A program made the translations under genes and the position numbers. Below, piece after piece: positions 30,715-40,054 of a stretch of DNA of 64,000 bases. The stretch's first letter is position 1. Each line of letters starts with the position of its first letter. This DNA is from an uncultured Verrucomicrobiales bacterium (GTDB lineage: Bacteria > Verrucomicrobiota > Verrucomicrobiia > Limisphaerales > JAYPXF01), in contig CALBIE010000391.1 in the NCBI GenBank assembly GCA_937893495.1, positions 1,363-65,362 on the forward strand. The letters run 5' to 3'. Below the pieces are notes generated by a model, which was not told where the DNA came from, did not search any database, and was given only the letters and a program-made list of their open reading frames with translations.

Positions 30715-32397
30715 TTAGTTTCGGTTGGTTTTTTTCAGTTTATTGTATACGAGAAAGAAAAAGGAGATCCCAAACAAATTGAACAGGATCATCAACGGCA
30801 TCCCCCATGTTGATTTCTTGCTCAATTCATTTTTGACCAGCGCGTGCTGCTCAATCAATGACTTCAGAATGTTTGGCGCCGTTGCTCGGGTTGGCCAACT
30901 ATTGCTCTCGATGACATAGCTTTGTCCTCCACGAGGCAAATAACGATAATCTCGAACGTGTGTTTGTCCGGTGATTTTTGGCAGAATCAAGGATGCGTCC
31001 GGTAATTCGTGGATAATCTTGTTTGTCACCGTGCCCCAAATACGCATTTCCAGATACGTGGGAACATTGGTCGGCGTTACTGCCCACAAATTCAATCCGT
31101 AGTGACTCGAGGTAAATTTGTCCGGTATCAACGCCCGGCCTTCCTTGGTGATATTCTCGGCAAGGATCTCTGTTGCCACCAAGCCGTGGGCTTCTTCGGC
31201 ATTGGGGATCGGAAAATCAACCAAAGTCTTCTTGTCCGCCGCCCACGTCTTGTGGTCCTTGGGATACAGTAAGCGAATTCTAACTTTATCAGCGACGTTG
31301 GTGGTCTTAACCCAAAACAGCAAACCCACATCGCCTGGCAAAATGCCTCGGACTTGATTGGTTGTTGGGTGCGCCCGAAAGTAGTCAAATCCGGTGAATG
31401 CGTACCAAAGCGCCTGCTCAAACTGCGTCGTTGCAAGTGGATAGTCACGCTCATTGATCCGGCCGAGTTCCGTAAACTTTTCAAGATTGGTTCTCCCGCT
31501 TTCCTTCGCCAGTCTCTCGACGACCTCGAGCGAAAAACTGTAGTACTGAAATGAATCTTGGCCGTCGAATCCGACCGCGGTGTATCGGCTCCCCTTGTCT
31601 CGAAATTTACTCCCAATCGGATCGGTCGTCTTGATCCACCATTGACGATCTTCCGTTGAAACACGGACGGAAAAGAGAATATTTCTCGAGGTTCGCGGTT
31701 TGCCTTGCCTGGTGTAGCTGGTGATTTTCATTACTCCTTGCGATTCAACCAATTTGGCCGAAACGCTGGTTTGCATAAGCCCCCCAAAGCCAAGGAGGTA
31801 AAGAGCGAGCATGAAAAACAACGCTCCGGACTTTTCATGAAGACCTCCAGCGATGGTTCGTTGTCGCGTCGATGATAGTTGTTTCGGTAATTTCGTGGAT
31901 TGGTGAAATCCTCTGGCACCAATGGCACGGCCGGTAGTCCAATCCCCGATTACAGCGATTTCCGAATCTCTATGGGAGAGAATTGATCTCATCGCGTTAC
32001 AAAAGAGACGTTTGATTTCGACGTATTTCTCCAGCTTCCTTGGGATTAGCTCCTTGAGCCATATTGCACTAACATCTCCAATGTAGTTCTCGTTCGTCAA
32101 GTTGAAAGAGTGATCGTAACCGTTCACGGTGTCAGGAATACGGCGTAGAATACCGAGCCCATAAATCCTTTTTGTCGGGTGTGGCATCACATTTTCGTTG
32201 GTTACGCCGGATGGGAACGGCCACGGCTTAGAAGAGACGCTGCACAGCGCAGCTTTTTTTTTTGGCGGCATATCGCGCCCAGAAACATTCCCTGAGGCAG
32301 GGGTTTTGCAGGCGAGATACCACGGGCGTCCGTGCTCGTGTGGTGTCCGATTCGATACAACTTCGCCGGAGCGAAGGCAAAGTTCGGGCGGATACAA
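30715..32397 (-). CDS. hypothetical protein with internal and C-terminal hydrophobic helices, in an AT-richer patch; start codon uncertain
   Basis: 560-aa ORF with no recognisable motif. Alternative starts are at 32271 (MPPKKKAAL, immediately followed by an A10 tract) and further downstream (MLALYLLGFGGLMQTSVSA, signal-like). C-terminal helix WGMPLMILFNLFGISFFFLVY + KLKK. Composition is visibly AT-richer than the flanks. Confidence 0.6.
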   Translation of the reverse strand: MYPPELCLRSGEVVSNRTPHEHGRPWYLACKTPASGNVSGRDMPPKKKAALCSVSSKPWPFPSGVTNENVMPHPTKRIYGLGILRRIPDTVNGYDHSFNLTNENYIGDVSAIWLKELIPRKLEKYVEIKRLFCNAMRSILSHRDSEIAVIGDWTTGRAIGARGFHQSTKLPKQLSSTRQRTIAGGLHEKSGALFFMLALYLLGFGGLMQTSVSAKLVESQGVMKITSYTRQGKPRTSRNILFSVRVSTEDRQWWIKTTDPIGSKFRDKGSRYTAVGFDGQDSFQYYSFSLEVVERLAKESGRTNLEKFTELGRINERDYPLATTQFEQALWYAFTGFDYFRAHPTTNQVRGILPGDVGLLFWVKTTNVADKVRIRLLYPKDHKTWAADKKTLVDFPIPNAEEAHGLVATEILAENITKEGRALIPDKFTSSHYGLNLWAVTPTNVPTYLEMRIWGTVTNKIIHELPDASLILPKITGQTHVRDYRYLPRGGQSYVIESNSWPTRATAPNILKSLIEQHALVKNELSKKSTWGMPLMILFNLFGISFFFLVYNKLKKTNRN

Positions 32398-32716
32398 TTA
32401 ACAGAAAAAGGCCCGTTAGAATCCGCACCGGATTCTTTAGTAGTGGGGTAAAGCAAAGATGGATCAATCACGAGGAATTCACGCTCATCGCATTGCCACG
32501 GTTGATGTTTGGCAAAAGGCAATCGATTCGACCAAGGACGTCCCAACGTGCATAATTGGCAGCGTGCCAAGGAAATCATCACCCGTTACCACCCCCTCAC
32601 CAGGCTCTATCAAATTGAGCCGATCCGCGCGACCACGTGGCTGACAGTATGATTAGAAGGAGTCCCGAGCCGATAAGCGGTTCGGATTTCCCGGATATGG
32701 AAGACGACCGAAACCC

Positions 32717-35329
32717 ATGGAAGGATTGAAACAAACTCTCCCGGTGACTTATCTCCTGTTTACATGGAGAGGCAGGATCTCCCGATCGGAGTATTGGCAT
32801 GCCGTGGTCCTTGTCTCGTGCTCGCTCTACATCCTTTTTCACGGCATCGAGTTTCTCTTTGGCGCGGGCGCAACCTGGATTCTCTACCCGCTGTATTTCT
32901 GGAGTATGGCGGCGACTTCGAGCAAGCGGTTGCATGATTCGGGGCGCTCAGGTTACTGGCTGGCCTGGTCATTGATTCCAGTTTTCGGGCCGCTCTATCT
33001 GGTCTGGCTTTTGTTCTTGAGGGGTGGAATACAGGCCGCGAACGAATACGGTGCCGCGCCTGGATCCGCGGATGATTACCTGAAGAACGATTCGGGCCAA
33101 CCGGTGTCGCGGGCAGATTCCGAACAACGGATCATTAACGATGTCACTCAACTCAATCCGGTGGTGGTAAAAAAAGTCCTGCGACCCGAGTCGGTTGACG
33201 AGATCTGCAGTATCATCCGGGAAAGCGTCGGACCCATCTCGGTGGGTGGTGGCCGCTTCAGCATGGGCGGGCAGACTGCCAGCCCGGAAAGTATCCATCT
33301 GGACCTCCGCGGTCTGAACAAAGTGCTCGATTTTTCCATGGAGGACCGGTGGATCAAGGTCGAGGCCGGGATTCGCTGGTGCGATATCCAGCGGCATATC
33401 GATCCGCATGATCTCAGTGTGAAGATCATGCAATCGTACGCCAACTTCACCGTCGGTGGCTCCCTGAGTGTCAATTCCCATGGCCGTTACATGGGCCTTG
33501 GGCCGCTGATCTTGTCCGTCCGTTCCATCGATGTCGTGCTCCCGGACGGTTCACTGATTCACGCCTCGCAGACGGAAAACTCAGAAATCTTCTTTGGCGC
33601 GATTGGAGGTTACAACGGGATTGGCATCATCGTGGTGGCGGAGCTGGATCTGGAGGTCAATACGCCGGTTCGCCGGGTTCACCGCAAGATGCCCATCGCC
33701 CGTTACGTGGACGATTTCCTCGCGAACGTCAGGCCCAGTCAAACCGCCGTGTTTCATAATGCCGATATCTATCCGCCCGACTATGCCCGCGCCCGGTCGG
33801 TGACCTGGGAAAAGACGACGGAAACACCGACAGTGCCGACCAGGCTGATGCCGCTGAGGCAGTCGTATCCGTTTCATCGGTATTTGCTCTGGGCCTTCAG
33901 TGAGACCCCGCTGGGCCGGTGGCGCCGGGAATTCGTCATTGAGCCGCTTCTTTATCTGGGGAAAAGAATCCACTGGCGAAACTACGAAGCCGGTTACGAC
34001 GTGGCGGAGCTTGAGCCGGGCTCAAGAGCCAACAGCACCTACGTGCTGTTGGAGTACTTCGTGCCAATCGGCAAATTCATGGAGTTTGCAGTCAGGTTGG
34101 CGGAGATCTTCAAGCGCCACCGCGTCATGGTCATGAATATCTCCATTCGTCATGCGAACGCCGATCCTGGAACCCTCCTCGCGTGGGCCCGGGAAGAGGT
34201 CTTCGCCTTCGTCGTTTATTACAAACAAGGAGTGACTGAGGTGGACAGAATCCGGGTCGGTGTGTGGAACCGGGAACTGATCGACGCAGTGATCTCAGTG
34301 GGAGGCACCTACTATCTTCCTTATCAACCGCACGCGACCAGCGAGCAGTTTCATAGGGCCTATCCCGGCGCGAAGAAACTCTTCGACCTGAAAGCCAGAC
34401 TGGATCCGGACAACCGATTCCGTAACGCCATCTGGGACAAGTATTATCAACCAACACGCAACGAAACCATGAGCACAACACCATCCGAATTCAAAACCGT
34501 TTTCAACGACACCTCAATGAAGGACGGCTTCTACCGGTTCCTTCAGGTCGTTTTTCACCTCTATCCCGAGGATCGCTTTCATCACCTGATCGCCGAAACG
34601 TGCAAGAGCGGCAACGGCGACAGCGACATCTACAATTCGGTTCAGGAGCGGTTGCCCGAGATTAAGACTTTCCTCTCCGAATTGACCTACGCTTTACCGG
34701 CATTGAGGAAACAGAAGCGGGAAATGACCAGACAAACCCTAAAGCTTCTGGGGGATCGGAAGCAGATCAACGGTTACCTCGAAATCGGTTCCACCGGACG
34801 CTATATCAGTGACCTGCGAAAGCACGTGCGGGTGTCTGGTGAAATCTTCCTCATCAACGATGTGGCTCCGGACAATTCCATTGGAGAGATATTCGAACGC
34901 GGTCAAATCTCGCGTCTCGGCACTTTTCTGGATCTCGCCGAATACGCGCCCATCGATGCCGGGGGGATTCCCGACGCGAGTATCGATCTGGCCACCTGCT
35001 TCATCGGCTTTCATCATTGCCCGGAGGAGAAACTTGAAGCCTTTGTGAAATCCATCGCCCGCGCGCTCCGGCCCGGCGGTTCACTGATTGTCCGTGACCA
35101 CAATGTCAAGTCAAAGGACATGGCCACGTTTGTCTCGTTGGTTCACACGGTTTTCAACCTGGGTCTGGGGATCCCGTGGGATACCAACTCGAAGGAATAC
35201 CGAAGTTTTCGATCCATCGACGACTGGTGCAAATACATCTGTGGACTCGGATTCACCGATTCCGGGGAGCGGCTTTATCAGGAGAACGATCCCTCGGATA
35301 ACGCACTGGTCATCCTCACAAAAAACTGA
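32717..35329 (+). CDS. three-domain fusion: DUF805 membrane domain - FAD-binding PCMH-type oxidoreductase - class I SAM-methyltransferase-like domain
   Basis: 870-aa ORF. DUF805 signature (WRGRISRSEYWHAVV...SSKRLHDSGRSGYWL...NEYGAAP). FAD_binding_4-like segment (VVKKVLRPESVDEICSIIRESVGPISVGGGRFSMGGQ...GGYNGIGIIV). C-terminal Rossmann-like segment (YLEIGSTGRYISDL...LRPGGSLIVRDHN). Confidence 0.85.
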   Translation: MEGLKQTLPVTYLLFTWRGRISRSEYWHAVVLVSCSLYILFHGIEFLFGAGATWILYPLYFWSMAATSSKRLHDSGRSGYWLAWSLIPVFGPLYLVWLLFLRGGIQAANEYGAAPGSADDYLKNDSGQPVSRADSEQRIINDVTQLNPVVVKKVLRPESVDEICSIIRESVGPISVGGGRFSMGGQTASPESIHLDLRGLNKVLDFSMEDRWIKVEAGIRWCDIQRHIDPHDLSVKIMQSYANFTVGGSLSVNSHGRYMGLGPLILSVRSIDVVLPDGSLIHASQTENSEIFFGAIGGYNGIGIIVVAELDLEVNTPVRRVHRKMPIARYVDDFLANVRPSQTAVFHNADIYPPDYARARSVTWEKTTETPTVPTRLMPLRQSYPFHRYLLWAFSETPLGRWRREFVIEPLLYLGKRIHWRNYEAGYDVAELEPGSRANSTYVLLEYFVPIGKFMEFAVRLAEIFKRHRVMVMNISIRHANADPGTLLAWAREEVFAFVVYYKQGVTEVDRIRVGVWNRELIDAVISVGGTYYLPYQPHATSEQFHRAYPGAKKLFDLKARLDPDNRFRNAIWDKYYQPTRNETMSTTPSEFKTVFNDTSMKDGFYRFLQVVFHLYPEDRFHHLIAETCKSGNGDSDIYNSVQERLPEIKTFLSELTYALPALRKQKREMTRQTLKLLGDRKQINGYLEIGSTGRYISDLRKHVRVSGEIFLINDVAPDNSIGEIFERGQISRLGTFLDLAEYAPIDAGGIPDASIDLATCFIGFHHCPEEKLEAFVKSIARALRPGGSLIVRDHNVKSKDMATFVSLVHTVFNLGLGIPWDTNSKEYRSFRSIDDWCKYICGLGFTDSGERLYQENDPSDNALVILTKN

Positions 35330-35341
35330 AACGCACCATCA

Positions 35342-36460
35342 ATGAGCCGACTCCACAAACTGACCTACTGCTCAGTCGCCATCGCGGCCGCGATGTTTAT
35401 GGGAGTGGGGCGAACTCCTTCAACGCGTATCGTTGCGAACATTGCGAACGTTCCGGCGGACACCGGCAAACATCCGGCACCGGCGACACCGCGAATCCCG
35501 ATCACGCCGCAGGAACATGTGCGCGCCGCAGACCAGACATTTCTGACCTACCCGGAATGGTTTCTCGTTTACGGACCCGCGGAGCAGGCGGAGTTCTTCG
35601 GGAAACAGACCGCAACAAAGTTTCCGTTCATGACCCATGTGGAACAGATTTGGGGCAGCTACGCCGCGGTTTACGATCAGGTGAAAGGCAGGTATCCCTT
35701 CAACAGCGAATACCACACGATGATCATGGTCATCGCGACCAGTTCGACCATCGAATTCTCCCTTAAAGCGGCGTACGAAACGATGATCGGACGCCTGACC
35801 GACACGGCCGATGACGAGCGGATGACGGCGGAGGATGTGTTCAATGCTCGCTTTTCGACCGATTACGTCGAATTTCTGGGTGCGGCACCGTGGTACGAGT
35901 ACAGCTTCACTGCAAAGCTGAAGCAACTATGGACCCAGATTCCACTGATTGGCCGGAACCCGCTCCGAAAACTGGAACGGCGCTATTATCTCACCACGGA
36001 ACTGATCGCGAAAAGCGCCTACGGCTGGTTGATCGGGCTCGGTACCCGTTCGGCGTATGCGGCCCCCATCCTGAAGACCGCCGTCGTCGTCGATCAACTG
36101 CCTGCGGAAATCCTCGCTGCCCTGCCGGACATCGAGATTCTGCGACTGAGTGAGGATGGTTCGCCAGTTGTCCTGTTACCACGTTATGCGGCCTTCAAGC
36201 CGAACCTACAGAAGCTGGCGGCCCGGGGAATTGCGTTCAAGGAGATTGCCGGAAACAACACCGACATTCTGATTACTTTGATCACTCCCCGATCGTGGTC
36301 GTCCTCATCGGAATTGTTCGGAGTCATTTTCACCCAGCCGCTGCCGACGCGAGCGGACCGGCAACGCGTTGCGGTGGTAACCCCGATTGCCAGCCTGGAC
36401 AAGGCATTGCGGCATCTTTCGAACCAACCCATCACGATCGAACATATCTACGATTTTTAA
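35342..36460 (+). CDS. conserved hypothetical protein (signal/anchor at N-terminus)
   Basis: 372-aa ORF, 12 nt after the previous stop and 20 nt before the next ORF, so likely in the same operon. No motif recognised. Confidence 0.75.
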   Translation: MSRLHKLTYCSVAIAAAMFMGVGRTPSTRIVANIANVPADTGKHPAPATPRIPITPQEHVRAADQTFLTYPEWFLVYGPAEQAEFFGKQTATKFPFMTHVEQIWGSYAAVYDQVKGRYPFNSEYHTMIMVIATSSTIEFSLKAAYETMIGRLTDTADDERMTAEDVFNARFSTDYVEFLGAAPWYEYSFTAKLKQLWTQIPLIGRNPLRKLERRYYLTTELIAKSAYGWLIGLGTRSAYAAPILKTAVVVDQLPAEILAALPDIEILRLSEDGSPVVLLPRYAAFKPNLQKLAARGIAFKEIAGNNTDILITLITPRSWSSSSELFGVIFTQPLPTRADRQRVAVVTPIASLDKALRHLSNQPITIEHIYDF

Positions 36461-36486
36461 GGGAGTGAAATACTGAAAATTTGACA

Positions 36487-39400
36487 ATGGTAAAAAGCAA
36501 CGATTCCCACCCACAGGAACGGACGACAGCCGTATTCGACGCCCCTGAACACCCCCACTGGCGGCGGGGATTCTGGAGTCTGTTCGTCACCCAGTTTCAG
36601 GGGGCGTTCAGTGACAACCTGTTCAAGTTCATGGTGGTTTTTTTCATCACCGGAACACTGGCCGAGGCCTCCCGAGATACCTACATCACGATTACGCTGG
36701 CCGTGTTCTCGCTGCCGTTCATCCTGTTTTCCATGGCCGCGGGTTACCTGGCGGATCGGTATCCCAAACGGTCTGTGGTGATTGGCACGAAAGCATTCGA
36801 GGTCGTGGTCATGACTCTTGGCACAATCGGCCTTTGGACACAGAGCATTCCTTTTTTGATCAGCGTCATTTTTCTGATGAGCGTTCAAAGCACGTTTTTC
36901 AGTCCCTCCAAATACGGACTGTTGCCGGAGATGCTGCCGGAATACAAACTGTCCTGGGGTAACGGTATTCTGAGCCTGGGATCATTCTTCGCGATCATCA
37001 GTGGCGGTGTCCTGGCGGGTGTCCTGTCCGCCCGATTGGGGGATGACCGCTGGCAGGCGGGGTTTCTGTTGATCGGTCTGGCGCTGGTCGGTCTAACTTC
37101 GAGTCTGGGGATTCTCAAACTCAAGCCGGCGGATCCGAACAAGCAGTTCCGCATCAATTTCCTCACGGAAATCTGGATCAACATCGGCAAGATCCGCGGT
37201 GATCGTGTTCTGCTGCTGGCAATCGCCGGGTCCACCTATTTCTGGTTCGTGGGCGCGCTGTTCGGCGAGCCCACCATACTGATCTACGGCAAGGACGTGC
37301 TCAATCTTTCGGACGAAGGCGTGAGCCTGCTGCGCGCGTGCCTGGCAATTGGAATTGGTGTCGGCAGTGCCGTGGCGGGAATTCTATCCGGTAAAAAGAT
37401 AGAATACGGGCTCGTTCCGCTGGGCGCATTTGGATTGGCGACGTCCGCCGCCTTGCTGTCGATACCGGGACTGAACTTTCCGATGGTCGGAGCCTTGATG
37501 GGGTTGCTGGGATTCTCCGGCGGATTTTACATCGTTCCTTTGCTTGCCCTGGTTCAACACCGGCCACGGTCCGAGGAGAAGGGTTCCATCATTGCCACCA
37601 ACGGGTGGCTGACCTCGTTGGGCGTGTTGTTCGCATCGGGCGCGTTCTGGTTCCTGCGAACCGTTTTGGATCTGTCGCCCGCGCAAATCTTTCTTGTCGG
37701 CGCCATCGTGACCTTCGCGGCAACCATCTACGCCGTCCGACTCATGCCGGATTCGGTGGTACGGCTGGTCATCTGGATGCTGACCCATACCTTTTATCGG
37801 GTGAAAGTGTTGGGTCGTGAGAATATTCCCCTCAAAGGGGGCGCCTTGTTTGTCTCCAATCACCTCTCGCTTTCCGACGCATTTTTCCTCATCGCCTCCA
37901 CGGATCGTCACATCCGTTTCATCATGTTTCAGGGGTTGTACGAGACGTGGTGGATCAAGCCCTTCGCCCGAATGTTGCGCGTGATTCCCATCTCGTCGGA
38001 ACTTCGGCCAAGGGAGATGATCAAGTCGCTTCAGGCGGCATCCGAATGGATCAAATCCGGAAATGTCGTCTGCATCTTTGCCGAAGGACAGATCACGCGC
38101 ATCGGGCAAATGCTCCCGTTCCGCAAAGGCATGCAGAAGATCATGAAGGGTGTTGATGCGCCGATCGTTCCGGTGAATCTCGACGGTGTTTGGGGCAGCA
38201 TTTTCAGTTTCGAAAAAGAGAAATTCTACTGGAAGCTTCCGCGCGAAATTCCTTATCCGGTGACCGTCAGCTATGGGAAGCCGTTGGCGGGAAATGCCCA
38301 GCCGTTCGAAGTGCGGCAGGCGGTGTTGGAGCTGGGTGCCCTTGCCTGGGAGGAGCGTAAGCCGCGCATGCGCACGATGCATCGTTCGTTCGTCGAGACC
38401 GCCCGCGCCAATCGTTCCCGCTTTGCCATGGTGGATGCCGGATCGTCTCGACTGACGTTTGGCACGGCGCTGACCCGCGCAATCTTTGTCGGGAGCCGGC
38501 TGCGCCCGGTTTGGAAGGGCCAGGAAAAGGTGGGCATCCTGTTGCCGCCATCGGTTCCAGGCGCGTTGGTGAACTTCGCGGCGCTGCTGATGGGGAAGGT
38601 TCCCGTCAATCTGAACTACACGCTTTCGGACGATGCGCTGGCTTCGTGCATCAAGCAGTGCGGAATTCAAAACGTCCTGACGTCCGCGAAGTTTCTCAGC
38701 CAACTAAAGGTGAAGGTGCCGGTGGAAACCTTGACGCTCGAAGAGATTGTCGCCAATCCGCGCCCTGTCGAAAAACTCAGCGCATTGTTGCGTTCCTGGC
38801 TTTATCCCGTGAGTTGGATCGAGAAGTCCATCGGACGTGAACGGGCCGTCAGCCTTGACGATCTGGCCACGATCATTTTCTCGAGTGGAAGCACCGGGGA
38901 ACCGAAGGGCGTCATGCTCACCCATTACAACGTGATGTCAAACGTCCAGCAACTGGGCCAGTTGTTTGCCTTCAACAGCCGCGATTCGTTTCTCGGAATA
39001 CTCCCGTTTTTCCATTCCTTCGGATTCATGGGTACGCTGGGTGTACCCGCGGGACTGGGCGTCGGGGTTGCCTATCACGCCAACCCCGTCGATTCAAAAA
39101 CGATTGGTGAACTGGTCCGTTCGAACGCGGTGACGTTTCTTCTGGCAACTCCGACCTTTCTGCAGCTTTACATGCGCGGCTGTCAGCCCGAACAGTTCGG
39201 CAGCGTGCACTTCGCCATGGTCGGTGCGGAAAAATTGCCCGAACGCCTGGCGACGGCGTTTGAAGACAAGTTCGGCATTCGTCCGATGGAGGCGTACGGT
39301 TGCACCGAGTGTTCACCAGCGGTCGCGGTCAATGGTCGCGATTTCCGGTCCGCTGGATTTCGTCAGGTGGGCGGGAAACGCGGCACCATCGGTCATCCCG

Positions 39401-39942
39401 TACCCGGTATGAGTGTGCGCATTGTTGATCCGGAAACGGGGGAACCACAGCCCACCGGCAGCCCCGGACTGATGCTCGTGCGCGGCCCCAATGTGATGAA
39501 GGGCTATCTCGGCCAACCCGAAAAAACGGCGGAAGTTCTCAAGGACGGTTGGTACACGACGGGAGACATCGCGGCTGTCGATGAAGATGGCTTTATTGTC
39601 ATCACGGATCGGCTCAGTCGCTTCAGCAAGATCGGCGGAGAGATGGTTCCTCATATCAAGGTGGAGGAGAAACTGCATGAGTGCGCAGGCGCGACCGAAC
39701 AAACCTTTGCGGTAACCGGGCTTCCCGATGAAAAGAAGGGCGAGAAACTAATCGTGCTGCACACCCTCGCCGAGGAAGCCCTTGCCGCCACATTGGAGAA
39801 GCTGGGTGGCACCGAGCTTCCGAACCTTTGGAAACCGCGGAAGGACCAGTTCTTCAAAGTGGACAAACTTCCTTATCTTGGAACAGGAAAGCTGGACCTG
39901 CGGGCCATCCGGGAAATGGCGAAAGATCTCGCGCAGGCATGA
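36487..39942 (+). CDS. triple fusion: MFS lysophospholipid transporter (LplT-like) - PlsC-type acyltransferase - AMP-binding acyl-ACP/acyl-CoA synthetase (Aas-like)
   Basis: ATG 36487 (the ORF-track TTG is at 36481). About 12 TM helices in the first ~420 aa. Acyltransferase HX4D motif (VSNHLSLSDAF) and FAEGQITR. AMP-binding motifs (IIFSSGSTGEPKGVMLTHYN, TGD, GGEMV..IKVEE). Confidence 0.9.
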   Translation: MVKSNDSHPQERTTAVFDAPEHPHWRRGFWSLFVTQFQGAFSDNLFKFMVVFFITGTLAEASRDTYITITLAVFSLPFILFSMAAGYLADRYPKRSVVIGTKAFEVVVMTLGTIGLWTQSIPFLISVIFLMSVQSTFFSPSKYGLLPEMLPEYKLSWGNGILSLGSFFAIISGGVLAGVLSARLGDDRWQAGFLLIGLALVGLTSSLGILKLKPADPNKQFRINFLTEIWINIGKIRGDRVLLLAIAGSTYFWFVGALFGEPTILIYGKDVLNLSDEGVSLLRACLAIGIGVGSAVAGILSGKKIEYGLVPLGAFGLATSAALLSIPGLNFPMVGALMGLLGFSGGFYIVPLLALVQHRPRSEEKGSIIATNGWLTSLGVLFASGAFWFLRTVLDLSPAQIFLVGAIVTFAATIYAVRLMPDSVVRLVIWMLTHTFYRVKVLGRENIPLKGGALFVSNHLSLSDAFFLIASTDRHIRFIMFQGLYETWWIKPFARMLRVIPISSELRPREMIKSLQAASEWIKSGNVVCIFAEGQITRIGQMLPFRKGMQKIMKGVDAPIVPVNLDGVWGSIFSFEKEKFYWKLPREIPYPVTVSYGKPLAGNAQPFEVRQAVLELGALAWEERKPRMRTMHRSFVETARANRSRFAMVDAGSSRLTFGTALTRAIFVGSRLRPVWKGQEKVGILLPPSVPGALVNFAALLMGKVPVNLNYTLSDDALASCIKQCGIQNVLTSAKFLSQLKVKVPVETLTLEEIVANPRPVEKLSALLRSWLYPVSWIEKSIGRERAVSLDDLATIIFSSGSTGEPKGVMLTHYNVMSNVQQLGQLFAFNSRDSFLGILPFFHSFGFMGTLGVPAGLGVGVAYHANPVDSKTIGELVRSNAVTFLLATPTFLQLYMRGCQPEQFGSVHFAMVGAEKLPERLATAFEDKFGIRPMEAYGCTECSPAVAVNGRDFRSAGFRQVGGKRGTIGHPVPGMSVRIVDPETGEPQPTGSPGLMLVRGPNVMKGYLGQPEKTAEVLKDGWYTTGDIAAVDEDGFIVITDRLSRFSKIGGEMVPHIKVEEKLHECAGATEQTFAVTGLPDEKKGEKLIVLHTLAEEALAATLEKLGGTELPNLWKPRKDQFFKVDKLPYLGTGKLDLRAIREMAKDLAQA

Positions 39943-40054
39943 CCCAATATCAGGCTGGAAGGTTGCCTGGCAGTCCTGAAAACGTGTCGCTCCAGCGCAG
40001 TATGTCTCGTTAAAGCGGGGCGCTGAATTGATCCGGAATCGGGCCCGGCAAATT

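Noticed and set aside
32416-32440. Hairpin GAATCCG-cac-CGGATTC followed by TTT, as a terminator.
   Set aside because: No + strand gene ends upstream of it, and on the minus strand it lies upstream of the gene. The stem is short at 7 bp.
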